This document shows positions 12,064 through 26,360 of a DNA stretch of 64,000 nt, piece by piece (position 1 is the stretch's first letter; each line of letters starts with the position of its first letter). The stretch comes from Eledone cirrhosa. Its lineage: Eukaryota. A model generated the notes under the pieces. The model was not told where the DNA came from. It did not search any database and worked only from the letters and a program-made list of their open reading frames with translations. The stretch spans positions 26,722,001 through 26,786,000 of the forward strand of contig OZ024743.1 of NCBI GenBank assembly GCA_964016885.1. Reading direction: 5' to 3'. The translations under genes and the position numbers were made by a program.

Positions 12064-14394
12064 TATATATATATACACACACACACACACATACACAGAT
12101 AATGCAATGTTGAGCATACAGGAGCTGAACATTTGAAAAAAAAATCTTAATATTCTTTAAACCATTCCATAATACCTTAATAGCAACAGAATCTAGAAGC
12201 ATACTCATTAAATCTCCCCTCCCCCTCTCTCTCTCTATATATATATATATACAGAGAGAGAGAGAGAGAGAGAAAGAGGGGGGACTATTTTATTAAACAC
12301 CTGAAGCTATGATCTTGAATGATTTACAGAAATAAAATCTATGATGAAGGAGCAGACAAATTTAAGAATCTATATAGTGGTAGTTATTCATGTCATAAAA
12401 ATAAAGAAAACATCTAATTTCTGGTGCAAAGTTAAATATTTCAAATTATTTTCATATATTCCTGCATTAGAATGAGTATTGTCAATAATAATCACAGAAA
12501 CAACACCAATATTAATAATGATAAAGCAAATAACAAGATGATCAACAAATGGCTATAAGCAGAATAATGATAAAAGCAGAACAGACTACAATGGTCATGC
12601 CAGAAAGGCCATTTAAAACAGACTTTAATAGAAGCAATCAAGTAATTTATATTAATTATTAGAGATATGGCGAATAAAATGTATTTAAAAAAACAGAATA
12701 TTTTAAAGGGAGAAATAAAATATACAGAAGCATGGATTTAAAATAGTGTTGTTATAAAGAATAGTTAATGTCACAAAAAGCATATACTGATTCTAATGAA
12801 AATAGTATGGTACAAGAGTAATATAAATGTCTTTGTGCCTAACAATTTCATCTAATTATGTTTTCTTAAATTTATGTTATATTATTTGGGGATATAATGT
12901 GAGGTTAACCTTAAGAGAAAAGTCATTAAATGTAGATATATATATATATATTTAGGCATTTTTCAAGTACTGTTAGGCATTAGTTAAGCAATCACAGCTT
13001 ATGTTTGATTACAACTAACAATTATATAATTTATTTGATGTTATATTTAAATGGCTGTATAAGGAATAAAATCCTAAAATATCAGAAAATACTAAAGAAA
13101 TTTGCTTCTTTCATAGGATTCAATAGTAGAATTCTATTGTGTATATGCTTGTGTAAGAAAAATGAATAATTTTGAAAACATGAACTAATTAGAAGATGAC
13201 AAAAGTATGTTTCATTTCCAAAAAAGATTTGTATTGAAGCCAAAAAAGCAGAACATAGCAAGAGAAAGGACAATTAAATGGAAAGAGAACATATGAAGGA
13301 TTATATGGATGGGCATATAATAACAGTGAGATAACATAACTAATTATTGCAGTGCTATTTCAGAAACAATAGCTCTTTAAAAAAAGGATATATGCATAGA
13401 AGCATACATACATATACACTTCCATCTTTTCATATAATACACACACACACGCATACATACATATGAACAAACAAACAAACAAACAAACAAGCAAACATAC
13501 ATACACACACACACACATACACATATGCAAATAGGTCTGTATATAGAGCTTTATATAGAGAGAAGCAAATGAAATAGGAGGCAAGCATTGACTGCAGTAA
13601 ATTATGGCCAACAGTAGCAGTAGCATGCAGCATGCACATGGCATACAATACATTTGGCAGAGAAGAGAATTCTGAGGCAGTACATGACTGAACAAATGCC
13701 AACACAGATGGTGCCAGCAAGGCTAAATAACACACACAAACACAAAACAGACAATTGGCAAAAATAGAGAATGGAACAAAACTGAACATAATGTCCCTTC
13801 CCTAATCACAAATTGTTTTGTCTCTGCTCTACTTTCAACTGTCGGCCAACAAAAAATAAGAGAAACAGCAGCTAAAGCTATTGTCAAGAAAGATTTTCAA
13901 TAGTAGAGAAAGGAAATTCCTTAAGGTCTTATGAGATTCAGATAGAAAAAATAACAGATTCTAACTAGAAATAATGTCTTATCAAATCTATAAGGATGAT
14001 ATATTTGCTCACAATGTATTCAATTTCCATGATTATTTTCCAGCAATCATACTGCCTTCCATTCATTAAGATTTTAAGCTTGAGTTTATTGAAAGAAGAG
14101 TGTAAATGTGAAGAAAAGTGGTAACAAAATAATCAGGTGAAGGGAAATTACGAAGGAAATTTTGTTTAAGAAAACATTGAAATTTGACAAAAATTCTTTT
14201 CTATACTTCAACTAACAAGTAAACACCTTAGTTTCATTATGAATTTAAGAATTAGATCATTGAATAATATTACTATTTACAAAGTGATTACAAATAAAAC
14301 AAAACAGAGTAATTAATTGAATCTTTAAATCCTATTTTTTTTATACGTTACCAGCAAACTATTTTCTCAACATTACTTTAAAATATTATTACCA

Positions 14395-14650
14395 GTAATG
14401 CACTGGGGTCGATTTAATCGATTTCCCCTTCTCTTTAAATTGCTGGTCTTGTGCCTATAGTAGACATCATCATTATCATTATTATTATTATTATTATTGT
14501 TCTTTGAGTCTCAGTCATTGATGTTATTTAATTGGAATTATTATTATTATTGTTTTGCCTTTCATCCTTACAGGGTCGATAAAATAAAGTACCAGTAATA
14601 CACTGGATAATTGCTGGCCTTGTGCCAAAAGTAGAAACAATTATTATTAT
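14395..14650 (+). mobile_element. Two 3' fragments of the Meta-type SINE with (ATT)n tails
   Basis: accagtaatgcactggggtcga... and gcctttcatccttacagggtcgataaaataaagtaccag...gtagaaacaatt. Confidence 0.75.
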
Positions 14651-15339
14651 TATTAATGACCTAAGTGAAATATGAGTTGTTGAAAGTTTGTGTTCAACTA
14701 TAGAAGATATTCATGGAATTATTTCATGATTAAGAAACAACAGAATCAGGTATTACATATTTTCATCAACTAAAATTGATGAAATACTGGTTCAATTAAA
14801 ATTCTCTAGTGTATTTCATAGTGAACATTTTTGTATACATTTAATTAATCAGTTTTATAGTTTAACCAATCTATGTTAGATTTCATTGATGCGAAAAATT
14901 TTTTAATATAGAAATATTTAGTGATCATAAACACAATATTTGTCAAAGGCACATGCCAATTACCTAAAGGTTAACTGATTATTTTAATCTAGGAATACTG
15001 CTGAAACTTATTTTTATAGAGCCTAGAAGAATTATTAGTCCCAGTAAACATTGAATTTAGCAATGTTGAACTGAGAAATAGATAGCAGCAACAAATTAAT
15101 AGAAATCTATCCAATTATAAGGGAATATACTAAATAATGTTAAGATAGAAGTTTAAATTTAAATGACACAGAGATGTATATTTTCTAATGGAATGTTTCT
15201 ACAATGGGTTGTTAATATAAAATAGTAGTAGTATATGTATGGTTATATATAGAGTCTGCAGGGCTCAGACCGAGAAAACCACTAATCATGGGAGTACTCA
15301 ATGCATGGGGAGATGCAGAGTGGGTATATATATATATAT

Positions 15340-15516
15340 AACGAAGGCAGTGTGGTAAGGAACCAGGTGGACCATAACGCACCAGAATACTTGATACTTA
15401 GGGTAGTAATGGGGGTAATAGGAAAAGAGTCAGGACCCCGACGGCTGAGCTCCGGCCGTTTCGACAGCTAGATCTGAACTCAGATCTAGCTGTCGGGGTC
15501 CTGACTCTTTTCCTAT
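15340..15516 (-). mobile_element. Fold-back mini-element carrying the 3' half of a hammerhead
   Basis: Homologous to 59991-60192. Outer inverted arms about 15418-15446 / 15488-15516, inner hairpin 15462-15495. Minus strand reads GAAAC-GGC-CGGAGCTCA-GCC-GTC-GGGGTC. Confidence 0.7.
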
Positions 15517-15885
15517 ATATGTATATATATATATGTATGTGTGTGTGTGTGTGTTGGTACATGTGTGAGTGTATATATATATATTGGTAATGCACACATA
15601 CAAATACACTTTAATAGGCAGTTTTCATTTATTCTGTGGTAAAACATAAAAGTGAATTATAGCATATACAATATGTTCTTGTATATATCTGTTTATTACA
15701 GATAAAGTAATGGGTATTATATATCCAGAACTAACATTACAATGCAATTGATGTACTCATCAGGGGTTTGAGAGAAAATTCTTCATGGTTAATTGAGGGG
15801 TACAAAAGACAATTGCAGGAACATTTAGGTTGGATATGTAATCTACTTTATCTCACATATAAATAACATACACACACACACACAC

Positions 15886-15955
<70 letters not shown>

Positions 15956-16489
15956 CATACATACATTCACATCCATGTACATATCGATATAACAATCAAG
16001 AACCTAAGGAGACTGGTTAGTGGTGGACTTTGTAGGAAGAAGTAATTATTTGTATAAAAATAAACGGATTTAAGTTGGTATATTGATATAAGGAGACTGT
16101 TCTATAATTTCAGACACATGACCTTTATGAAAGTGACAAAAGCTGCACCCTTTCAAAAATAAAAGATACAACAAAACGAGCAACATTTTCTTTCTTCCCC
16201 AAATAAGAAACTTCCCTCACTTTGGCATATCAACTTAATGCCATGCTTATATATATACATATATAGTTGTCTTTATTTGATTGTGAGTGTTATGCTTGCA
16301 CCATCTCAATCCATAAAGTACTGTGTAAGTAGGATTAAGCACTCCATATTGATTTTATGTATCCAACAGTGATATGGGATCACTTAGAATACACAGAATA
16401 TTGTTATACGAATCAACGTTAAAACATTAATTATTACATAATTAACTTTTATTATGCACTAACACAACCATGTCTTAATGTTTATTCAT

Positions 16490-16539
<50 letters not shown>

Positions 16540-16875
16540 GCATATATACTGAAGAGTCATCGCTTTCAAACTATCACCACTCAGTTGTTTGGACAATTAA
16601 ACTAGTTTCTTCTTTTCAGCACTGGCACAGTAGTTTGTGCACGTGGTTCAAGATGCTGCTTTATGTACACACAATGGCCTGTTTTCAATTCATTCTTTTT
16701 CTCTCACACCCCCTCTTTTTCTCAGGAAGAAATTGACTATGTTCTGATCAGGAGAGGGATGGGCTCCACTAAGTTTGAAATATGTCACTATAGCATCTTT
16801 GCAATTCCACCAGAAGTTATGGGTTCTAACATGCATGCATACATATACACACACACACACACACACATACATACA

Positions 16876-16946
<71 letters not shown>

Positions 16947-17487
16947 TGTCTTTCTTTTAAACATGTATTGTTAACGACATGACTATGTTTGAGTTTTAAT
17001 TTTTTTTATTAGATTTTTTTCTCATAAGTTCTCGCAACATGCTTAAAAGAACAATGTTCTGAAATTCATAATTTCATAAATGTTTCCAGACTTTCATAGT
17101 TTCATCATCAGAATGTGGGGCACCTTTGGTTCATTTTTACAACCTTTTATTGCAGGCAAATGTGTTTTAAGAAATTTTATGCAGTCATTTCTTACTCAGC
17201 ATTGTAATAACTTTCTTACAGGAAACACAAAGCTTGATCATTAGACTTACAAATCCAAACTGGCAAAGAAAGAACTGCATACAATTTCATAAAGTATATA
17301 TGCTTACAAAGAAAGAATCAAAATATGTCAACAGCACTTCACATCTGATTATGGATTTCAGAACATTGTTCTTTGAAACATGTTGCAAAGATCTTATCAG
17401 AAAATATAAGAAATATATAATTAAAAAAAAAAGTTAAAACTAAACATAATCATGTCTTTAATGACAACACACACATACAAACATATA

Positions 17488-17694
17488 TCATCATCATCAT
17501 CATCATCATCATCATTGTTTAACGTCTATCTTCAACGCTAGCATGGGTTAGACAGGAATTGTCCCACTTGAGGCAAGATTGATCAGGTGACCGTGTCTCG
17601 CTTGTATAGGACTATCTGGCAGTTTTTCTACAGCTGGATGTCCTTCCTAACACCAACCACATTTACAGTGTGGACTGGGAGCCTTTTTACCATG

Positions 17695-17695
<1 letters not shown>
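17488..17695 (-). mobile_element. RTE 3' tail fragment
   Basis: (CAT)n followed by the reverse complement of the RTE 3' UTR. Confidence 0.8.
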
Positions 17696-17735
<40 letters not shown>

Positions 17736-18289
17736 AACACAGATGTATATACATACACTCATATTGATTGGATGGGTCATTACAGACTAAGTCATTACTT
17801 AATCTGAACTACTGTCTCTCTAGAATGGTTGAAGGACCATGTCTTGCACAATACATCCCATTTTGGCATGGTTTCTATGGCTAGATAGCCTTCCTAATGC
17901 CAACCACTTTACAGAGTGTACTGGATATATTTTACCATGGCACTAAATCTAGAGTGGTCACCTTGTTCTGAAGCAGGCATGACTATGAGTGATGACAGAA
18001 AGTGCAGTAGTGGCTAAGGTGGACATAGGTGTATGGTTATAAGTGTAATGAGAGAGACAGAATTATAGGGTAACGTTTCAGTTGTTGATAGGAGTTGAAT
18101 GAATATGAGCAAGAAAAGTAAGGGCTGGATAACAGTAGTGTGATGGGGCCATATTGAGAGTGAAAGGGTGATAATGACCAGCAGTAGTAGGCAGGAGATA
18201 GGTAGAGAGTTACAGTGATAATGATAATATATATATATATATATCATCATACACACGCACAAATACACACACACACATATATATATATG

Positions 18290-18330
<41 letters not shown>

Positions 18331-18579
18331 AGGGGGAGAAATAGAATTCAGTACATTAAGCAGAGTATACATATTTTTTTAATGTTAAGTTATATAAATT
18401 CCTCAAAGGCCTAGAGCATGTCAAACTAAACAGGATTTAAATATTCTTCTGTATACTAATTTGTCTAAGAAAGTTCCTTTGAAAAAATCTTTAAAATGTC
18501 ACATGTTAAAAAATGTTTTCAAAAACTACTCTCTTGCTGATGTATATGAAAGTACAAGTTATGTATGTATATATATTTA

Positions 18580-18990
18580 TCATCATCATCATTTTACATC
18601 TGCTTTTTTATGCCTGCATGGGCTGGACGGGTGATTTTTAGCACAGCATCTCTCCATATGCCACGATCCTCAGTAATCTCTGCAATGAACTTTAGCGATT
18701 TGAGATCGGCTCTCATGACTTTTGCCTAGGTCTTCCTTGGTTTTCTTCTGCTGCAGCTTCTTTCCACTGGGATTTGTTAGCACTTCTTCAACTAGTGATC
18801 ATCATCCCTGCATATCATATGTCTATACCAGTACAGTCTTCTCTTTTGCACACAGCATCTGATACCTCTTATACTCAGTTTCTCTTTCAGTTCATCCAGG
18901 CTTTGTTGTTCATGCACATTAACATTGTACATCCATCGAATCATGCTCTCTTCATTTCCCTTCAGAGTGAACTCATAAATACTCCCATCC
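18580..18990 (-). mobile_element. Old RTE 3' fragment
   Basis: NEESMIRWMYNVNVHEQQSLDELKEKLSIRGIRCCVQKRRLYWYRHM; degenerate. Confidence 0.8.
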
Positions 18991-20120
18991 CTATATACAC
19001 ACACATTTTATTATTTGCTCTTAATTTTGTTGTCTTCTATGTTTTGTTCTTACTGGAAAATCTTCTGATTTGTTCACTCTTGTTATTCTGTAGTCTGCAT
19101 TGTAATTCCCACATCATAAGACCTTCTTTGTATATTTTTGGCACATTTGGGCTTTTGCTGCTGTATTGTCTGACAAATATTTTCCCCAGTGGATGACAAT
19201 CTTTTCCTATTGACTGTACATTCGGGAGTGTGCAGTCATACCATCTGTAATGGTATTAAATCTTACAAATCTATTCCAATTGGATGGTTGATGAGATTTA
19301 TAAATGCTGTTCATTATCCTTTGTTCTATATGCAACTTTTCTGATTTTCTTGTGTCAAAAGTTTGGTTCCATCTAGCTGATGCCCTGCTAGTTCCAGATC
19401 ATGTTTCATAGTCTTCCATATACTGTGGATGCTACTGAGATACATCTTTTCATGTCTTCTGATCCATATACTGATGAGAAATACATAATTTATCCCTTTA
19501 TATATATGTATATTACTCTACAATCATACGAGTATGCTATATTTGTTCTTTTAATATATATATATATGTGTGTGTGTGTATGTACACACTGCTATGTATA
19601 TATACATGTGTGTGTGAGTGTGTGTATATATATATACATACACACACACATACACACAATAAATGTACAAAACATAAAATGTATAGATTTGAGTAGTTGT
19701 GACTGTTAGGGGACCCAATGTATAAGTATGCATACAGAAAATCTCTCTTCTACCTAGAAAATTTAAATTTTTAAGTGTAAATATCAAATAATCACTGGGT
19801 TAGTTTATTTCTATAAATGAGAAATTATGAAGGCAGTTTGTAATTTGATAACTATTTCTGTGCAATACATTCTTGACATAAAGTGTAAACTTACTTTGAA
19901 GAGCAGCAAATAAGCTGAGAGCTTGTATTGCAGATTAAGTTTATGGAAACAAAAGAATTAAAATAAAGAGAATAAATCTGCTTCAGTAACAGTAAAAGTG
20001 GCAGTAACAATAAAGAAGGTAGTTGTCTGTTTTGTGTATGGGTGTATTAAAAGGTTTCACCAGCACTTGGCCCCAGCTGTATATATTAATACAGTATTAT
20101 TGGTTTGGGATCATACTTGC

Positions 20121-20252
20121 CTGACTCGGTGCTGGCGCTAGAAGAGGACTGGTCGGAATACATTTGTGAGGGAGAAACTCGTTCAGGCAGCCACCCTGTG
20201 TAGGTATGACCTGCAGCGGAAGGGCGTGACAAACCTGACATGTTAACAGCTT
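20121..20252 (-). CDS. Candidate MADD cassette exon with GC donor
   Basis: GC-richer island in an AT-rich intron. Acceptor gactgcag|, 132 nt, phase 1 to 1, EAVNMSGLSRPSAAGHTYTGWLPERVSPSQMYSDQSSSSASTES, donor CAG|gcaagt. No recognisable homology. Confidence 0.5.
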
Positions 20253-21729
20253 CTGCAGTCAACCAAAATCTTGGTATCCAAACATATTGGCATCTAACAT
20301 AACCCAAATAGCAAACCCTAACATTTTCTTATAGGCAGCTTAATTAATGTCATTAATATGGCAGCTTATTCTTTCCCTGTCAAAACTAGATAGAAAATGC
20401 CAAATCAAAGTATGTGCATATGTACACATACACATTGCTTCCCATCAAATTACTGATTTTATTTCATCAATAATATATCCAGATAGTTATTTTTGGTATA
20501 ATTATATTTTAAGTATAATTATATTTTATTTGATTTCAATTTTAGTTTATACATTTTTTTTCAATCGAAAGATATCAGTTTTTGATGGGTAAAATTGAGA
20601 GGAGAAAATAGTTTGACAGGTAAAGATTAATAAAGCCTTTCAGAAATTATTTGTATATATTTTAAAGTTCCTCATTTTTACTGTATTTTTTTAAATACTT
20701 AGATTAAATAATAACTAAATGGAAAAAGAAAGAAAAATTTCAATAAACAAGAAAAACAAGACAAAAATTATTATTTAGATATTTCACCAGCCTTTAAGTA
20801 ATTTTATGTTTTGTTTTAATTAAAAGGATTTAGGATGGACTCGGCCAAAGTTAACACAATCTGATTAATTTCCCATTTTACCAATGAAATGGTTAAGTTT
20901 GACTATCAGGCATTATACCCTATAATTATATTTATATTCTACTTTCCTTAAGTATTGAGAACTAAGTTGAATAATGGTCTTACTGGTTTTAACTAGTAAC
21001 ATGTCATCTCTATATATACATAAGCTAAAAACAATGAGAATTGAAAATATACAAATTATATTATATTATACTAAATAATGTCCAAAACTGAAACCTGTTT
21101 GTGGAGCAAAAACTTAGGGCATGCTAAATTTATCGGACTAATAAAAAGCTAAAAACTAAAATAAATGAAGATATCTGAAGAAATAATGAACAAATGTTGT
21201 GTACCAAACCAGCATGATAGATAGATTACTTCTTTCACTTCTACTTTTAAAATGTGCAATATTCAAACAAATTTTATAATTATCTATATTAAAATTGCAA
21301 TAACTTGTTAATGTAAATTAATTAAAAATTTAATTCTCATATTGAAAAAAATGACACTACAAAATCTAACTGTAATTAAAATGACAAGAGGAAAATTAAA
21401 AGATTTTGCAAGGACATAGTACAAATGAATCTAAACACTCAGTCTTTGTACATGTTATAAATATATAGATAAAGAAATTTGGTACTATAAAACTACATCT
21501 TTACTTATTCTTAGGGTGATAGATGCTGATGATCAGAATGTATAACCTTAGACAAACTGCTTAAAATAAAACATGAGCTAAATACAATCCAATTTACAAT
21601 AGGAAAGGATTGTCTTTTTTAATTTATATATATTAATATCAAGCAAGAAAGTAAAAGGAATTCAAAATGCAGTCTTCTTTCAATTATTTGATAACCAACT
21701 GAAATTCTTATTCTTAATGAAATTTTGTT

Positions 21730-21978
21730 TTAATCTTTTTGATACCAAACTTTGTTTCTATGATACAAGATGTTATATTTACAAGTGTATATATTTACCT
21801 AAAAATCTTCCATCAAATTCTATCCAAGAACGTTTCTTAAATTATGCTCCAAACACCAGCTTAATAATGAGAATTTAGTTATATTATTAAATCCCCCAAT
21901 TCTTGATTAATTTCAAAGTTATTTGAAGAAAATCATAGGTAGTGACTTTCATTAGAAATACGATAACAAAAAGGTTAA
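21730..21978. mobile_element. Degenerate piggyBac-type MITE
   Basis: Internal similarity to 7276-7471 and 36485-36737; ends AAAAAGG|TTAA. Confidence 0.55.
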
Positions 21979-23939
21979 TATAAAAGATAAAACTATCCCT
22001 ATTAGTTAACATAACATAAAACTTCATTCCTTTTTCAGAAACGAGATTAACTTTGTAATGAATATATAACTTTAACAATAAAAAAAAAACTATCTATGGC
22101 AATTATGATATGGTTTAAGATATATTTATAGTACTGTCATCAAGTCTATAGATAAATATATTACAACAATACCATGTCAATAGATAAATATGATATTAAA
22201 TTCAGAATATGGATTGCTAGTGTATATTCAATATATATATACAATGAAAATTAGTAAAATTGAATAAATTTAAGTCATATGACCTTTCATAAATGCAATT
22301 GTTATCACAATGAAGCATTCTTTAATGATATGCCACCCAGAAGTTTGAAATCTTAATAATTCTTACAAATACCAAATATGGAAGATTAAGATTTTGTAGT
22401 TTAAAACATAATTTCTATGTTAAGTTGTAAATATGTTTAAAATGATTTTAATGAAACCACCACAATGTGATAATACTGTTGTTAGTATTTGGTCAAATGT
22501 TGTCTTGATCAAGAAATCTATAATCACTCATTGTTTTATGCAAGAATAATGTACTCTGGACTACATTATCCAATATGTTTCTTTTTTTAAGATGGTAGGA
22601 TGTGTTTCAATGGGATTTGGCTGCTATTTCAAGCAAGTCAACTATGTGGAAGCATCTATCATATTCTTATAGGCGTTCAAACAGATTTACACTCTATTAG
22701 TGGAAATTCATTGATAATTAACAATGTTATTTGAAACTGAATAATTTTAGTTTCCAAATATAAATTTTAAAAGTGTAGAAATAATAGAGAAATTATAAAA
22801 TTTACAAGAACAGATGCAAAAGCTTCTTCCAATAACAAAACATGAAGAAAAAAATGGTGAAATAAATAAATCCTGTGTAAAATCATTGCAAACTAGGAGA
22901 AAATATTTGTTCTACTATATGTAAAAAATAACAACAAAACAAAAACAAAATAAGTGACTGAGAGAGAACTAAAGGAAAATGCTCAAATGGGAGCTTCTAC
23001 AAAGCAACTGGCTGTAAAACACAAACAAGATATAGTATGCATCATGGTTACACCCAGATGGGAATTGAGATGTTAGTTAAATGGCACAGTTGATATAGAA
23101 CTATAAAAACTAAGAGATAGTCTTGGAAAGACAAGAAGAAAAGCAGGGGAGGGGAACAATATCACATAGCCAGAAGAAAAACTAGATGTCAAGTATATGT
23201 AACATGGAGAAAGTAAGAGGTTTGCCAATGTTCTGGGATGAGCTGATCAGAGCCCTGAAATATTCCTTATTGCCAAGAAGTGTAACTGTGCAAATCATGA
23301 GGTTGGGGAAAAGTATGAATGAAACAAAAGAATCATACTTGCCCCCACTGGTGCTGAGAAGAAATCAATATGGAAATGTTATTGCAAGAAGTAGCTGAAC
23401 AAAACAATGGGTCTAACTTAAGTAGTTGAACAGAGGGTCAAGATATTGAAGTCAACAGCTATATGATGAAAAGTGCAAATAAGTATATGAAGCACATATA
23501 TACACACATATAAAAGTGACATATATGAGTTCATTCATGGCAGACATGGGTTCTTGAAGCCATAGTGATGTTTAAAAGTCTAAGAGAGCAGTAAGAATAA
23601 TAGCTAAGGAAAGAAAGCGGGGACACTTTAGTTCTGACAGACCACCTCTCTAGAGAAGGTGGCACGATAAAATGCACCTAGTCCACACTATAAAGTGGTT
23701 GGTGATAGGAAGAGAATCCAGCCAGTGAAACTATGCCCAAACCATGACAAGCACAACTTACATTATGAACACCAATCATGTTATTTCTGCACATAAGAGT
23801 GATGCAGCTAATCATGTTAGTTCTGCACATGGGAGTGATATAGCTAACCTTGAGTGAGAACCTTTCTACCACCATAAAGTGATCACACATTCTTTCTCAG
23901 AGACAGAAAAAAGCTGTCACTAAAAGATAGCCTAAGCAC

Positions 23940-24617
23940 CACTGGTATTCCATTCTTGTAGAGTAGTACATTTCAAGGTTGCCACAGTTAATGTTGGTTC
24001 AATGAACGGTAGGTTGAATGAAATTTTGCAGATGCGCCAAAGGAAACAAGTTGTTTGTTGTGTGCAAGAGTTGAAGAAGAGCCCCAGCCAGACTCTTCAC
24101 AGACAAGGGGCACAAATATAATCTCTTCTGGGTAGAATATAATGAGAGGGGTGCAGTAGGCATCTTGCTAACTGAGAAGTATATAGATAAAATAACTGAG
24201 GTAATTAGAATATGTGATAGAACTATCAAGCTCAGAATAGTTATGGGCAATACAACAACAGTTATCTTTACTTATGTACTTATGAAGGACCATCAGGGAT
24301 ATCTAAAGAATAAAAGGTCTGTTTCTATGAGGACATCAAACAGTTCGTCTCAATAACAGATGATAGTGACTTCATAAGCCTAGAGTACAATTGGAAGCTA
24401 GATAAAAGGTAACTTAGTGGTGGAATAGTATTGTAGATAGATCCATAAAAACGAAAAGACAGACATGGAAATATCAAGTAGCTATGAGATGCTAGATGAC
24501 AGGATTACAAGGAGAAACGCTAAAAGCAAGAGGTTTTGCCCATGTTATGCAATATGAGGATAAAGGTGAACCAAGATCTGGTTGAGGAAAAATGTGTTTG
24601 GAATGGCACTGATGGAC
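23940..24617 (+). mobile_element. Highly degenerate RTE endonuclease-region fragment
   Basis: LTEKYIDKITEVIRICDRTIKLRIVMG matches LAEKWVDKIIDVNRVNDRIIKIRLV of the copy at 60.6 kb. Confidence 0.7.
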
Positions 24618-24701
24618 TTAGCCTCATTAATATGAATGGCATAATTTAAATCACCAGCACTTTAGACTAAAACCAACAAATTTAGCCTCATTAATATGAA
24701 T

Positions 24702-24891
24702 GGCGGTGGTGGATTGGCAGTATCGGTAGAGGGTCGGACGCCATGCTTTCCAGCATAGTTACGTCCCTTTACGATCTGAGTTCAAATCCCGCCGAGGTTG
24801 ACTTTGCCTTTCATCCTTACGGGGTCGATAAAATAAAGTACCAGTAATGCACTGGGTAATTGCTGGCCTTGTGCCTAAAGTAGAAACAATT
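24702..24891 (+). mobile_element. Full-length tRNA-derived Meta-type SINE
   Basis: A-box-like TGGCAGTATCGG, B-box GAGTTCAAATCC, core GCCTTTCATCCTTACGGGGTCGATAAAATAAAGTACCAG; TSD TTAATATGAAT. Confidence 0.85.
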
Positions 24892-26243
24892 AATATGAAT
24901 GGCATAATTTAAATCACCAGCACTTTAGACTAAAACCAACAAACTTCCCTAGCCTTAGCTTTGGCACCAACTGATATAAAACTTATAAGAAATCCAAGCT
25001 CACTTACATCAACGCAGAGCTATGTCATCTAGCCATAGATTTGAAGAACCTAGTCAAGAACATAAGTAGAAGAATATCAAACCTGTTTACAAATATAGAT
25101 ATTTTTGATAAGACAGCTCTTTTATTATAAAGATAACTTGAAGGCCAGGGAATTTAAAGCTTATAGTCTAATAACAATACACCCCATATAAGACTCCTAA
25201 AGAGACAGCATAACATCATATTGTTTACATCCACCATATTTATTTAATATAAAATCCAATTTCTCAACTTAGACTAATATTTGCCACCCTACTTACAGAT
25301 ATTATGATCAAGTACAAAGAAATTATTAACAGGTACACTCTCAAATTAAGTTAGGGATGCCCCAACAATTCTTTTTAAAAATCATATCATTCAAACTCAC
25401 AATCACATTCAAAGAAAACTCTTCTTGCAAAAACACCAATGCTGCAAACTCAAACTTAACAATATGATCATCATTCTTATTGCTATATACAACAGTGTAG
25501 TCTGGACTCTTAAAAATGATGAAAATACACTGTACACTTTTGAGATGAAATGCTTGAGGTTTGTCACAGGAATAATAATGTAGTAATGGAAAGGTCATGA
25601 GTCAATATTACGATTATCCAAATCATCCAGAAGCACCAACTCCAATGGTTTGACCACATTGTTCATTAACTGAAGACAACAATTATTTACCAAGTATTCA
25701 AGGGATATTCCCAAGGCGCAAGGAAAAGAAGAAGAGCATCAATGAGACAGCAAAACAATATCTGGGAGGACCTAAAACTGCTGCCTTAGACATTCAAATG
25801 ACTCACTTAGCCTGAGTAGCCCAACCCACAAGATTATCTATCTACTTCAAACCAGTAAGAATTATTTCAGAATATTACATTTATTCCTGAATTGTTAATA
25901 AACTCCAAATGAAGTTGATTCATTATTCTTCATGGAAATATAACTTTCCTTCAAATTTTAACATTATATGATGACCAATCAAAATGAGCTAAGAGTGAAA
26001 AAGTTTGAAAGGCACTGGTTTAATGTTTAAAATATGGGATAATTATAAAAGTCTTTGGTCTGTTAACACTAAGCCCGGGTAACATTGATAAGATAGAGTG
26101 ATTATATATATATATACATACATATATATATATACATACATATATATATATATACACACATATATATACACATATATATACATATATATACACACATATA
26201 TACATACATATATATACACATATATATACATATATATACACAC

Positions 26244-26312
<69 letters not shown>

Positions 26313-26360
26313 CATATACATACATACATACATACATACATAGATATATATACATATACA

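Noticed and set aside
15755-15770. Other CTGATGA matches (also about 11834, 19471, 21527, 30280, 34609)
   Set aside because: No correctly spaced helix II, GAAA and NUH; expected by chance in 64 kb.
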